Counted from the first letter of the stretch, positions 19,867-29,636 are shown. The stretch is 64,000 nucleotides of DNA from Clostridiales bacterium (GCA_018374355.1 JAHAFI010000006.1:19124-83123), one strand, 5' to 3'. Program-made: numbers and translations. Notes: generated by a model not told the origin, from the letters alone.

Positions 19867-21012
19867 TTATCCTCTTTTCGGCGGCCTCGGTCCCAAAAAC
19901 TGATAGTAATAGGTCCGAATCATTCCGTTATAAATCTTCCGGTTTCTGTCAGCCTTCCGTCCGATATATTTCTCTGCCTCCTCATAGCTGGTGATCAGAT
20001 ACATGGACCATGAATCCAGCCCTTCATACACCTTTCCGATCTGCCGATACAAATCCGGAAGCATTGCCTTTTCTTCCAGCCGTTCTCCATAAGGAGGATT
20101 GGTGATCACAAATCCATACTTTTTAGGATGCCGCAGCTTCTGCACTTCTCTCTGCTGAAAATGAATCAAATGATCCACCCCTGCCACAGCCGCATTTTCT
20201 CTGGCATTTTTCACCACTTCTCCATCAATATCAAAGCCCTGCAGATCCATCTCCAGATTAGCATCTACCAGATCCTGCGCCTCCTCCAGCGCATCATACC
20301 AGTGTCTTCTGGGAATCAGCTCCTTCCAGTCCTCTGCGAGAAATGAACGGTTGATACCCGGTGCCATATTTGCCGCCATCATAGCCGCCTCAATCAGGAA
20401 GGTTCCGCTTCCGCAGAAAGGATCCACCAAAATCCTGTCCTGTTTCCATGGGGTCAGCATGATCAGCGCTGCCGCCAGTGTTTCTGAAATAGGCGCTTTC
20501 GACTGCAGTTTACGGTATCCCCTTTTGTGCAGAGAGGTTCCCGTGGTATCAATGGCAACCGTCACAACATCCTTCATAAGAGAAACCCGAACCGGATAAT
20601 CCGGGCCGTCCTCCTCAAACCATTCCTTTTTATACTGCTGCTTCAGCCGCTCTACCATAGCCTTTTTCATAATCGACTGGATATCGGAGGGGCTGAACAG
20701 CTTGCTCTTTATCGAAGAAGCCTTTTTCACCCAGAATCTGCCGTTTGACGGAATATAAGATTCCCATGGCAGGGCTTTTGTGGCCTCAAACAATTCGTCA
20801 TAGGTGCGGGCAGTAAACTGTCCCACTTTCAGAAGGACCCGCTCGGCTGTACGCAGAAACATATTTGCATAAGCTACTGCCTGCTCATCCCCCTGAAAGG
20901 TCACCCGGCCGTCCTCTACCTGAATAATCTCATATCCCAAATCGATAATTTCTCTCTTTAAAACTGCCTCCAGCCCGAAATGGCAGGGCGCAATCAATTC
21001 AAATTGTCTCAT
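19867..21012 (-). CDS. THUMP-domain RNA m2G methyltransferase (RlmL/YpsC-like)
   Basis: SLHKRGYR, APISETLAA, DPFCGSGT, NPPYGER. Confidence 0.9.
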   Translation of the reverse strand: MRQFELIAPCHFGLEAVLKREIIDLGYEIIQVEDGRVTFQGDEQAVAYANMFLRTAERVLLKVGQFTARTYDELFEATKALPWESYIPSNGRFWVKKASSIKSKLFSPSDIQSIMKKAMVERLKQQYKKEWFEEDGPDYPVRVSLMKDVVTVAIDTTGTSLHKRGYRKLQSKAPISETLAAALIMLTPWKQDRILVDPFCGSGTFLIEAAMMAANMAPGINRSFLAEDWKELIPRRHWYDALEEAQDLVDANLEMDLQGFDIDGEVVKNARENAAVAGVDHLIHFQQREVQKLRHPKKYGFVITNPPYGERLEEKAMLPDLYRQIGKVYEGLDSWSMYLITSYEEAEKYIGRKADRNRKIYNGMIRTYYYQFLGPRPPKRG

Positions 21013-21551
21013 AAGCGGTATTCCTTTACAATTTTTTCATCAAATGTTTTGATCGTAAACAGATCCTTTTCCAAAATCGCATAGGTGGGAGGATTTCCCT
21101 CTTTCGGTATGGATACGGAACCGGGATTCAGAATGGTAATCCCATCTACTTCCTTTGCCTGAAGCACATGGGTATGCCCATGGAGAAAAATATCGCCCTT
21201 TTTCAGCGGCGGCAAATGATTCTCATTGTAAATATGTCCATGGCTGCAGTAAATCATCCGGCCATTGATTTCAAAAAATCCGTAATCTGCCAGAACCGGG
21301 AATTCCAGAACCATCTGATCCACCTCCGCATCACAGTTTCCCCTGACATTGGAAAGCTGTTCCTTCCGCTCATTCAGCATGGAAATGACTTCCTTCGGCA
21401 TATAGTCTTTGGGAAGGTCATTTCTTGGTCCGTGGTAAAGCAAATCCCCCAGCAAAATCAGCCGTCCGGCCTGCTCCCGGTCAAACGCCTCCAGCATTTT
21501 TCTGCAATAATAGGCTGAGCCATGAATATCCGATGCAATCATGTATTTCAT
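21009..21551 (-). CDS. Phosphodiesterase, YfcE family
   Basis: SDIHGS, GDLLYHGPRN, RGNCD, GHTH, NPGS. Confidence 0.92.
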   Translation of the reverse strand: MKYMIASDIHGSAYYCRKMLEAFDREQAGRLILLGDLLYHGPRNDLPKDYMPKEVISMLNERKEQLSNVRGNCDAEVDQMVLEFPVLADYGFFEINGRMIYCSHGHIYNENHLPPLKKGDIFLHGHTHVLQAKEVDGITILNPGSVSIPKEGNPPTYAILEKDLFTIKTFDEKIVKEYRL

Positions 21552-21620
21552 TCGTATAATCTCCTTTATGTAGCGGGCGGCGGCGCCGCCCGTTTTCGCT
21601 TCTTACTTATTTTACTATGA

Positions 21621-21932
21621 TTACCTGAAAAACACAAGATTCCTTCCCCTATATTCCAGAATCCCTCCGGCCACGGAAACGGCCCGGTATCCCTGTCTTT
21701 TCAGGTCACGGGCAGCTACCATGCTTGTAGACCCCCGCTCACAGTAGACCACCACTTCTTTCCCCCGGGGAAGGTTCCATTTCATATCCTCTTCATATGG
21801 AAGGTTTATCGCATGTCGAATATGAGAAATCCGGTATTCTTCCTCAGTTCTGACATCCACAAGGCAGACATCCGGATAGCGGTTCACATAATCATCAAGT
21901 TCCCTCACAGAAATCAAACGCAGCTGTTCCAT
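21621..21932 (-). CDS. Rhodanese-like domain protein
   Basis: DVRTEEEY...HI..AIN.P...VVYCERG...S. Confidence 0.88.
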   Translation of the reverse strand: MEQLRLISVRELDDYVNRYPDVCLVDVRTEEEYRISHIRHAINLPYEEDMKWNLPRGKEVVVYCERGSTSMVAARDLKRQGYRAVSVAGGILEYRGRNLVFFR

Positions 21933-22034
21933 AAAAATGCTCCTTTTTTCTTATCCTATGCAAAACAGAGGGATTTCTCCATCCTTCCCCTCCCGGTTTC
22001 CCACATCCGCCCAAGGCTCATGTTTCTTGGAACA

Positions 22035-22071
22035 GGAAAAAGAGACAGACTACCCGGCGGTGTCTGCCTCT
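22035..22071 (-). terminator. Terminator after the small Asn-rich gene
   Basis: AGAGGCAGAC...GTCTGTCTCT then TTTT on minus strand. Confidence 0.7.
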
Positions 22072-22153
22072 GCATTCCTTACTGCTGCTTGTTCAGACCT
22101 GCGTCTTTTGCAAAATCTGAATGCTTATCCGGTTTTCGTAATTACGATTATCC

Positions 22154-22342
22154 TTAATATTTGCTGCTGTACTCGTTGGAAGTTTTGCTGTTTTTTGCGT
22201 TTTTAGCAGCTTTGTTCTTTGATTCCAGATTGGAAGCGTTTTTATTTGACTGGTTGTTCTTTGACTGTGCATTGTCTGCTTCATCGTAGCAGTTGTTCAT
22301 TCTGTTGTTTGCATTTGTTTCGTTGCTGTAATTTTTAGACAT
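22154..22342 (-). CDS. Small Asn/Lys/Ser-rich protein, probable spore protein
   Basis: 62 aa; AGGAGG RBS; sigma-G-type promoter; own terminator. Confidence 0.75.
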   Translation of the reverse strand: MSKNYSNETNANNRMNNCYDEADNAQSKNNQSNKNASNLESKNKAAKNAKNSKTSNEYSSKY

Positions 22343-22408
22343 GGTTCTTCCTCCTGTAAATCCATTGATTATATTCCTTTCGGATTGCTCCGAATCGGTT
22401 TACAGGAT

Positions 22409-22438
22409 TAGTATGTCAAAATAATAGGAGTTTATTCA
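22409..22438 (-). promoter_or_regulatory. sigma-G-type (forespore) promoter
   Basis: TGAATA-17-CATACTA. Confidence 0.7.
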
Positions 22439-22446
22439 TTTCTTTG

Positions 22447-22475
22447 TTGCAATTTTTACCAATTTGTATTATAAT
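22447..22475 (+). promoter_or_regulatory. sigma-A promoter with no downstream protein gene
   Basis: TTGCAA-17-TATAAT. Confidence 0.75.
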
Positions 22476-22480
22476 CATCC

Positions 22481-22590
22481 TTGTAAAAAGAATTTACCCT
22501 TCAAAAATTTTTTTTACAATTAATAACCCCTTATTAATTATTTATACTCCCCTCGAAACCCCGGTAGCTCCCCTACCGGGGTTTCTCTTT
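22481..22590 (+). ncRNA. Candidate sRNA with three C-rich-loop hairpins
   Basis: Promoter, three stems with loops ACCCTTCAA, CCCC and CTCCC, last stem terminator-like; no RBS-led ORF inside. Confidence 0.6.
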
Positions 22591-22660
22591 GCCTGTTTTA
22601 TAGAGTTTTCCGGGGTTTTTATCGCTTTGGAATACGTTTCTTCTATCATATCCCTCCATC

Positions 22661-22705
22661 AAAAAACTGTCCGTCTGCCGCAGATGAAGCGGCAGACGGA
22701 CAGTT
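22661..22705 (-). terminator. Terminator after the DUF1700-like gene
   Basis: AACTGTCCGTCTGCCGC/GCGGCAGACGGACAGTT stem with T tail on minus strand. Confidence 0.85.
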
Positions 22706-23170
22706 CTATTTTTGTTTAAAAAATGAAATGATCAGCCCAATCACCAGAACCGGAATCATAATAGGAAGCAGGAAGGATACCACCGATCCCACCAGCCAGA
22801 AAATCACACCCAGCACCAGCAGAACAATGACCGCCGCCAAAAGGCAGCCTCCCCGGGTATGAATGGATACCTGACGGCCTCTGTTTTCTCCGGGATTTTT
22901 CTCCCGTTCCACAGACCAGTCATTTTCTCTTTCCGGGTTCTCTTCATAAATCACCCTTCGGCTTCCTGCATTTTCCCCGGCATCCATAATCGTTCTGGCA
23001 ATCAGAAGGGGATCTCCCAACTCTTCGACGGCTTCTTCCTCCAACAATCCGTTTTCGATTTTTTCTGTAAGATAGCTGTCATAGTACCGTATGTGTTCCG
23101 TTACTTTTTCCTGTGGAAGGGTCTGTGACAGACGCCTTCCCAGACTGTCTAAAAAATCATGTTTTGTCAT
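22706..23170 (-). CDS. DUF1700-like membrane protein
   Basis: MTKHDFLDSL...IRYYDSY...EEEAVEELGDP..IA plus C-terminal TM helices; start moved to 23170. Confidence 0.8.
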   Translation of the reverse strand: MTKHDFLDSLGRRLSQTLPQEKVTEHIRYYDSYLTEKIENGLLEEEAVEELGDPLLIARTIMDAGENAGSRRVIYEENPERENDWSVEREKNPGENRGRQVSIHTRGGCLLAAVIVLLVLGVIFWLVGSVVSFLLPIMIPVLVIGLIISFFKQK

Positions 23171-23222
23171 ATTCTGTCCCTCTGTTTTTTTCCTGTCTCT
23201 TCTCCCCGAAAATCCCTGCCGA

Positions 23223-24536
23223 TCATTCTGCACTCTCTGCAGACAGTCCTGCACTGAGTTCCTGTATCTTCTGGAGTACCCGCTCACTCTCAGCGCCTTC
23301 AAGGGGCGTCGGCTGATAGTCATTGTACTGCTGTACGGAGGAAAGGGAACAGGGAATGATGTTGGTCACATCATCCTGTACCAATGTACCATTTTCAAAA
23401 GTAAAGGTCTGCTGGAAAATCATCGTATCCTTGTCCGACGGGTTTCTATTACCGCCGAAGCAGAAATTTCCCAGACTGTACACGATATTTTTTCCCTTGT
23501 ATTTCTCAATTCCCTGAAGTACATGGGGGTGATGGCCTACCACCAGATCCGCGCCGTTATCAACAGCGGTATGAGCCAGAGCCTTTTGTATATCATTTGG
23601 ATAAGTTTCTTTCTCTTTTCCCCAGTGGAAGCTGACGATAACCACCTGCGCCCCCTGCTCCTTCACGCTGTTGATATTGTCGATCACCTGCTGTTCCCGG
23701 CCCATGCCGTCCGCAAGCTCATAGATTCCCACCAGTCCTACTTTGATTCCTTTGATTTCTTTGATTGCAGTCCTCTCATATCCGAAGCTGGTGATTCCCG
23801 CTGCATCCAGATACTGGATCGTATCCGTGTAACTCTGTTCGCCATAGTCCTTACTGTGATTATTGGCCAGATTTGCCGCTTCTACACTTCCCGCTGTCAA
23901 AATTTCTGTATATTCCGGTTTCCCCTTAAATGCGTAGGTTTTGTCCTGTCTCGTATCAGATTCGGTCAGTGTTCCTTCCATATTGATAATGGTCAAGTCA
24001 TCTGCCCCGAGAATATCCTTCACATTCTGGAAGAAATATGCCGGATCCTTCTTTACAATATAGAATGCGTCAAAATTGGAGCTGGTATCAAAATTGATAT
24101 CGGTTCCGATGGTACAGTCGCCAACTGCGCTTATCGTAAGCTTCACCGCTTCCACCGGCTGCAAACTCTCCGGCTCCGGTGTGGCTTCCCCTTCAGGATC
24201 TCCTGCTTCCCCGCCGCTCTCCGGCGAGACCTCACTTCCGTCCTGTGCATCCCCTGCAGTGCCTTCACCATCATTTTTCTGCTCCGTGCTGTTCGCTTTC
24301 TCCGCGTCCGACTTTGCCTGAGCGCTGGCCTGCTGCGCATTCGGCTGGTCTCCCACAAATACCTTTGTCAAAACCATCGCTCCCACTATTAGAAGCAAAA
24401 AGACTGCTAATGTTATGGCTCCAATCTGAAATATCACGATTTTCTGCCGATAGCTCATCTTCTTATTTTTTTTCCGTCTTCCGGCTGCACCGTTTCTCTG
24501 TGTTGTTTTTCTTTGTTCATTTCTCGTCTGTTTCAT
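23223..24536 (-). CDS. CapA (PGA_cap) family membrane-anchored metallophosphatase-fold protein
   Basis: AVGD, NMEG, LANNHSKDYG, SFHWG, GHHPHV, YSLGNF; start could extend to 24557. Confidence 0.88.
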   Translation of the reverse strand: MKQTRNEQRKTTQRNGAAGRRKKNKKMSYRQKIVIFQIGAITLAVFLLLIVGAMVLTKVFVGDQPNAQQASAQAKSDAEKANSTEQKNDGEGTAGDAQDGSEVSPESGGEAGDPEGEATPEPESLQPVEAVKLTISAVGDCTIGTDINFDTSSNFDAFYIVKKDPAYFFQNVKDILGADDLTIINMEGTLTESDTRQDKTYAFKGKPEYTEILTAGSVEAANLANNHSKDYGEQSYTDTIQYLDAAGITSFGYERTAIKEIKGIKVGLVGIYELADGMGREQQVIDNINSVKEQGAQVVIVSFHWGKEKETYPNDIQKALAHTAVDNGADLVVGHHPHVLQGIEKYKGKNIVYSLGNFCFGGNRNPSDKDTMIFQQTFTFENGTLVQDDVTNIIPCSLSSVQQYNDYQPTPLEGAESERVLQKIQELSAGLSAESAE

Positions 24537-24703
24537 AAATCTCCCCATATTATTCATATTTAAACGCCTGTTCTGCTTTTATGATACCTGCTTTTTGAAA
24601 AAACTGCAAGTGGCGGCGCCCCATTTTTGCCTTCCTTTTGTTTACATTTTTCTTTCATATCCTTATAATATACTTAAAATTATTTTTTAAGAAAGGAACG
24701 TCT

Positions 24704-25267
24704 ATGAAATCTTATCAAATCACAGAATGGTGCCGCCATTTTCTGGAAATGCAGGTAGCCCCCGGAGACCTTTGCATCGACGCTACTATGGGAAACGGAC
24801 ATGACACCCTTTTTCTCAGCCAACTGACCGGACCTTCCGGAAAGGTTCTGGCCTTTGATATCCAGCAGGCCGCACTGGAAGCAACCAAAGAAAGGCTTGC
24901 GCTCCATCAGGCCGCTGACAATGTACAACTGATTCTGGACAGCCACAGCCATATGAGCGGTTACGCCCTTCCGGAAACCGTTTCCTGCATCGTATTCAAC
25001 TTCGGCTATCTTCCTTCCGGGGACCACCGGATTGCCACCAGAAGCGAAACCAGCATCCCGGCTGTTCTTCAGGGACTGGAGCTTTTAAAAAAGGGCGGTC
25101 TGATGAGTCTGTGTATCTACAGCGGAGGGGACAGCGGATTCCACGAGCGGGACAGCCTGCTGGAATTTCTCCGGACACTGGATTCAAAAAAATATCTTGT
25201 AATCCTCTCCTCCTACTATAACCGACCCAACCATCCTCCCATTCCGGTGCTCATCCACAAACTTTAA
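24704..25267 (+). CDS. SAM-dependent RNA methyltransferase (YtqB/MnmM-like)
   Basis: IDATMGNGHDT, AFDIQ, FNFGYLP; ATG 24704 after AAGGA. Confidence 0.88.
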   Translation: MKSYQITEWCRHFLEMQVAPGDLCIDATMGNGHDTLFLSQLTGPSGKVLAFDIQQAALEATKERLALHQAADNVQLILDSHSHMSGYALPETVSCIVFNFGYLPSGDHRIATRSETSIPAVLQGLELLKKGGLMSLCIYSGGDSGFHERDSLLEFLRTLDSKKYLVILSSYYNRPNHPPIPVLIHKL

Positions 25268-25296
25268 CCATTCAGAGCTCTGTCCTTCACAGTTAC
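25264..25296 (+). repeat. GTAAC-family 33-bp element overlapping a stop codon
   Basis: TTAACCATTCAG-AGCTCTGTC-CTTCACAGTTAC. Confidence 0.7.
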
Positions 25297-25324
25297 GAAT
25301 GTATGCACACAAACTTTACGGCAA

Positions 25325-25366
25325 AGCGGCGCCCCAGCCGCATTCTATGCGATCGGGGCGCCGCTC
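25325..25366. terminator. GC-rich hairpin at convergent junction
   Basis: AGCGGCGCCCC...GGGGCGCCGCT. Confidence 0.7.
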
Positions 25367-25390
25367 TGTCTGTCATTGACCGTTTGTTAT

Positions 25391-27061
25391 TCAGTTTTCA
25401 AGATGAAATTCCACGGTGATTGTGGTTCCATGCCCCGGCTGGCTCTCCGTTCGGATCACAGCATGGTGCATGGTGGCTCCATGTTTTACAATGGACAGAC
25501 CCAGCCCGGTTCCTCCGGTCTGTCGGGAATGGCTCTTATCCACCCGGTAGAACCGCTCGTAAATCCTCTCCAGATCCTCTCTGGCGATACCGATTCCGCT
25601 GTCCTGTACCTGCCAGTATACGCAGTCGGCCGTTTCACGGATTCTGACCTTCAGCCAGCCGCCTTCCACATTATACTTGATCCCGTTATCCATCAGATTG
25701 AACAGCATCTCAAAGAGAATCTGCCTTACACCGGAAATCGACACCTTTTCCCCGTCTATGGAGACAGTGACATTCTTTTTCTCGGCAGCATGTTCCAGAT
25801 GCTTTTTCACATCCTGCGTCAATTCACAGATATCCACCATTTCCTTAGGAAATTCGCCGTCACCTTCCTCAAGCTTAGAAAGCTGGATAATATCCTGAAC
25901 CAGATTGGTCAGGCGGTTGGCCTCCTGATGGATTCTTCCCGCAAACTCAGGAATATCCCCCGCCTGCACCATGCCGTTTTCAATCAGCTCCGCATAACCG
26001 GAAATGGACATCAGAGGCGTTTTCAGTTCATGGGATACATTGGCGGAAAATTCCCGGCGCATCTGCTCGGCGGCTTTCCGTTCCGTAATATCCCATACCA
26101 GAATCACCGCACCCACACATTTTCCCGAAACCTTTACCGGGTTTGCCAAAAGCTGGTAGCTTCGCCCGTGGACCTGAAGAACTGTTTCATTATATTTTCC
26201 GGCCAGCGCCTCGTCCAAAGCCTTCCTAAGCTCCTGACTTCTGCTGACCCTGCTGATGGATTTTCTGATACAGTCACTGGCTCTTACCTGAAAGAGCTCC
26301 TGCGCCGCATTGTTGATGGAGAGAACCTCCGTCTGGCTGGCGATCACCAGTCCATCCTTCATATTTTCCGTAATAGCCAGATATTCCTCATGGCGTTCTT
26401 TTAATTCCTGCACCTGTCTCGCAATCTGCTGGTTCTGATCATGTACCCGCAAAAGCAGGGGACGCAGCTCCTCGTATTCCACATGGCGGAGAGGATGCTC
26501 CAGATCCAGTTTGTTGATGGGCTCAATCAATTTTGCCGTCTGCTTCTGTACCACGAAAAATGCTACAATAATGATTCCCAAAACCAGAATTCCCATCAGG
26601 GTAATGCTGGACTGCAGAAAAATCAGCACCGTATCCGTCAGTCTCGCAAGACGGAGCACACTTCCGTCCTCCAGACGGACAGCGTAGTAAAAGGTCTGCT
26701 TTTTCAGCGTATCCGAATACCGTATCGCCTCTCCGATTCCCTTTTCCCGTGCCTCCAAAATCTCCGGGCGGTCCCCGTGATTTTCCATCACCTCAGCTTC
26801 ACCGGTAGAATCAAACAGTACCGTACCATCGGCATCCACAAGAGTAATCCTGCTGTCATCAGACATTTGAGCTATTTCTCTAACCAGATCCCTATTATCA
26901 CTCTCTTCCAGAGCCACCCGGATATATCCGGCTTCCTCTACCACACTCTCATGCATATAGTTGTCAAACTTGTCATACATAGCCAGACTGATGATCAGAA
27001 AGGTAAGCAGCACGGAACTGAGCAGCAGTCCGCTTACCTGATTCAGGATTTTCTGTCTCAT
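25391..27061 (-). CDS. phoR: Phosphate-regulon sensor histidine kinase (PhoR-like)
   Basis: Two TM, PAS, NVSHELKTP, ERFYRVDKSHSR, GTGLGL; in an operon with a phosphate transporter. Confidence 0.85.
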   Translation of the reverse strand: MRQKILNQVSGLLLSSVLLTFLIISLAMYDKFDNYMHESVVEEAGYIRVALEESDNRDLVREIAQMSDDSRITLVDADGTVLFDSTGEAEVMENHGDRPEILEAREKGIGEAIRYSDTLKKQTFYYAVRLEDGSVLRLARLTDTVLIFLQSSITLMGILVLGIIIVAFFVVQKQTAKLIEPINKLDLEHPLRHVEYEELRPLLLRVHDQNQQIARQVQELKERHEEYLAITENMKDGLVIASQTEVLSINNAAQELFQVRASDCIRKSISRVSRSQELRKALDEALAGKYNETVLQVHGRSYQLLANPVKVSGKCVGAVILVWDITERKAAEQMRREFSANVSHELKTPLMSISGYAELIENGMVQAGDIPEFAGRIHQEANRLTNLVQDIIQLSKLEEGDGEFPKEMVDICELTQDVKKHLEHAAEKKNVTVSIDGEKVSISGVRQILFEMLFNLMDNGIKYNVEGGWLKVRIRETADCVYWQVQDSGIGIAREDLERIYERFYRVDKSHSRQTGGTGLGLSIVKHGATMHHAVIRTESQPGHGTTITVEFHLEN

Positions 27062-27729
27062 CGCTCGTCACCGATCCGGTAGCCGACGCCCCGCACCGTC
27101 TCAATGCAGGAACCGGAATCCCCCAGCTTCTGTCTCAGGGTCCGCACATGTACATCCACGGTTCTCGTCTCACCGTCAAAATCATATCCCCAGATTCTTG
27201 TCAGAAGCTGATCACGGCTCAGGACGATTCCGTTATTTTCCATCAGATACCGCAAAAGTTCAAACTCTTTCAGCGTAAGCTCCACTTTTCTTCCGTTTTC
27301 CAGAACCTCGTGACGCCGTACCTTCACCTGAATCGGTCCATGGGTCAATTCCTCCTCCGGCTTTGACCCTCCTCTTCTGAGTACCGCCTTGACTCTGGAG
27401 ATAAATTCCATCATACCGAAGGGTTTTGTAATATAATCATCTGCTCCCAGATCGAGTCCTTTGACCTTATCGAATTCTGCGCCTTTGGCGGTTACCATGA
27501 TTACCGGAATTTCTTTTACCTCCGGCATTTTTTTCAGCTTTTCAAGAATGGTATAGCCGTCTTCTCCCGGCATCATGATATCCAACAGAATAAGCTCCGG
27601 CAGTTCCGTGCTGAGCGCCTGAAACAACTGACTTCCGTTTTCCAAGCCCTTCGCTGTAAAACCGGTGGTTTTCAGTGTATAAACCAACAGTTCCCGTATA
27701 TTCCGTTCATCTTCCACGCAGTAAATCAT
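27058..27729 (-). CDS. phoB: OmpR-family response regulator (PhoB/PhoP-like)
   Basis: LLDIMMP, GADDYITKPF, RTVDVHVRTLR, TVRGVGY. Confidence 0.85.
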   Translation of the reverse strand: MIYCVEDERNIRELLVYTLKTTGFTAKGLENGSQLFQALSTELPELILLDIMMPGEDGYTILEKLKKMPEVKEIPVIMVTAKGAEFDKVKGLDLGADDYITKPFGMMEFISRVKAVLRRGGSKPEEELTHGPIQVKVRRHEVLENGRKVELTLKEFELLRYLMENNGIVLSRDQLLTRIWGYDFDGETRTVDVHVRTLRQKLGDSGSCIETVRGVGYRIGDER

Positions 27730-27746
27730 AATTTGTCATTCCTCCA

Positions 27747-29516
27747 TTATGGCAGCATATATTTTTCACGCGCCTGTAAAACAAGTCCCCGGAAAATACC
27801 GCTGTCCTCATTTTTCACGCTGTCCAAATAGCTGTGAGTGTCATACGTATCGTCTCTTACCTGAGTGACGCATACGGAAATGTTGGAACAGTGATCTGCC
27901 ACACGTTCCAGACTGGTTGTGATATCCGAAAGGATGAATCCCAGTTCGATGGTACATTTTCCGCTCCGCAGTCTGCGGATATGGCGTTTCTTCAGTTCCT
28001 GATTCAGTTCATCAATTACTTCCTCCAACGGCTCGATCCGCTGCGCAAGCTGCAGATCCTGATCCTGAAATACTCTGTAGGAGCTTTCCACGATATCTCT
28101 TACCGCCTCGGTCAGTACCTTTAATTCTGCCTCCGCTTTCTTTGAGAAAGTCAGATCCTTGTCTTTCATCTCTTTTGCCGCTTCCATGATATTGATCGCA
28201 TGGTCGGAAATACGTTCGAAGTCACCGATACAATGAAGAACGATGGAAAGCGTATGGCTGTCATGGCTGTTCAGGTTCTTTCTTGCCAGTTTTACAAGAT
28301 AGCTTCCCAGATCATCCTCATATCTGTCCACGATGCTCTCCAGCTCGCTTACTTCCTTCGCCTTTTCTTCTGTGTAATTTCCAATCATTTCCAATGCGGT
28401 AAACAGCGTCTTTTTGGATTCCTCCGCCATCTGCACTGCCACATTCACGCTCTGCTCAATAGCAAAGCCCGGTTTATCCAGAAAACGCGGGTCCAGAAGC
28501 ATCAGATCGCTCTCTGTCTCTGTAGTCTTTTCTGTCTGTTTCTCGTCGCGGATTGTAAGGCATGCCAGTTTTTCCAGACCTTTGGCAAAAGGCAGGAGCA
28601 GAAGGGTTGCAAACACATTAAACAAGCTGTGTACTACTGCAATTCCCGCACCGTTTGCGGCATCTCCCAGAAATGCAAAATTTGCAAACTGGTTTATGGT
28701 ATAAAATACAATCATAAATACGGTAGTTCCGATGATATTGAAATACAGATGTACCATCGCTGCTCTCTTAGCATTTTTGCTTGCTCCGATAGAGGAAATA
28801 AGAGCAGTCACACAGGTACCGATGTTCTGTCCCATGATGATCGGAATCGCCACCCCGTAGCTTACCGCTCCGGTTACACACAGCGCCTGCAGGATACCTA
28901 CCGATGCGGAAGAGCTCTGGATTACCGCAGTCAAAAGCGCTCCGGCCAGCATACCGAGAATCGGATGGGAAAATGCAGTGAGAATTCCGGTAAATTCCGG
29001 AACATCTGCCAGCGGTTTTACCGCAGAACTCATGGCGTCCATTCCAAACATCAGCACTGCAAATCCTACTAAAATCCCACCGATATCTTTCTTCTTTTCA
29101 TTTTTGACAAACAGCATCATCACAATGCCCACTGCTGCCAGAACCGGGGAGAAGGACGTCGGCTTGCAAAGCTGGATAAAGAAGTTGTCCCCTTCGATTC
29201 CTGAAAGACTGAGAATCCATGAAGTAATCGTTGTACCGATATTGGCTCCCATGATAATTCCCACTGCCTGAGATAATTTCATGATTCCCGAGTTAACAAA
29301 ACCTACCACCATAACCGTGGTTGCCGAGGACGACTGGATCACCGCAGTCACTCCTGCACCTAAAAGTACCGCTTTAATAGGATTGGAGGTCAAATTCTCC
29401 AAAATACGCTCCAGCTTTCCGCCGGATACCTTCGCAAGTCCATCGCCCATCACATTCATTCCGTACAGGAACAGGGCGAGACCGCCGATCATTGATAAAA
29501 CACTGAAAAAGTCCAT
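27747..29516 (-). CDS. Na/Pi cotransporter with C-terminal PhoU-like domains
   Basis: Two QSSS motifs, GANIGTT, ERISDH/ERVADH. Confidence 0.93.
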   Translation of the reverse strand: MDFFSVLSMIGGLALFLYGMNVMGDGLAKVSGGKLERILENLTSNPIKAVLLGAGVTAVIQSSSATTVMVVGFVNSGIMKLSQAVGIIMGANIGTTITSWILSLSGIEGDNFFIQLCKPTSFSPVLAAVGIVMMLFVKNEKKKDIGGILVGFAVLMFGMDAMSSAVKPLADVPEFTGILTAFSHPILGMLAGALLTAVIQSSSASVGILQALCVTGAVSYGVAIPIIMGQNIGTCVTALISSIGASKNAKRAAMVHLYFNIIGTTVFMIVFYTINQFANFAFLGDAANGAGIAVVHSLFNVFATLLLLPFAKGLEKLACLTIRDEKQTEKTTETESDLMLLDPRFLDKPGFAIEQSVNVAVQMAEESKKTLFTALEMIGNYTEEKAKEVSELESIVDRYEDDLGSYLVKLARKNLNSHDSHTLSIVLHCIGDFERISDHAINIMEAAKEMKDKDLTFSKKAEAELKVLTEAVRDIVESSYRVFQDQDLQLAQRIEPLEEVIDELNQELKKRHIRRLRSGKCTIELGFILSDITTSLERVADHCSNISVCVTQVRDDTYDTHSYLDSVKNEDSGIFRGLVLQAREKYMLP

Positions 29517-29636
29517 AATTTCCTTCCTCAATTCCCTTTCTCTGTCTTTTTTTGCAGAACAATTACGCAGATTTTTTCATTTTCACCTGTTTATTTATGA
29601 TAACGGACTTCTCCGTACTTCGTGCTTCCGAAATCA

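Noticed and set aside
18723..21551. Two YfcE-like phosphoesterases around rdgB and the methyltransferase as a novel system
   Set aside because: rdgB plus phosphoesterase is a common Firmicute pairing; nothing further supports a distinct system
22093..22284. Alternative-frame 63-aa ORF overlapping the small Asn-rich gene
   Set aside because: No RBS; the 22154-22342 frame has AGGAGG and the promoter
22444..22719. 91-aa ORF across the candidate sRNA
   Set aside because: TTG start lies upstream of the promoter, no RBS, runs through two terminator hairpins
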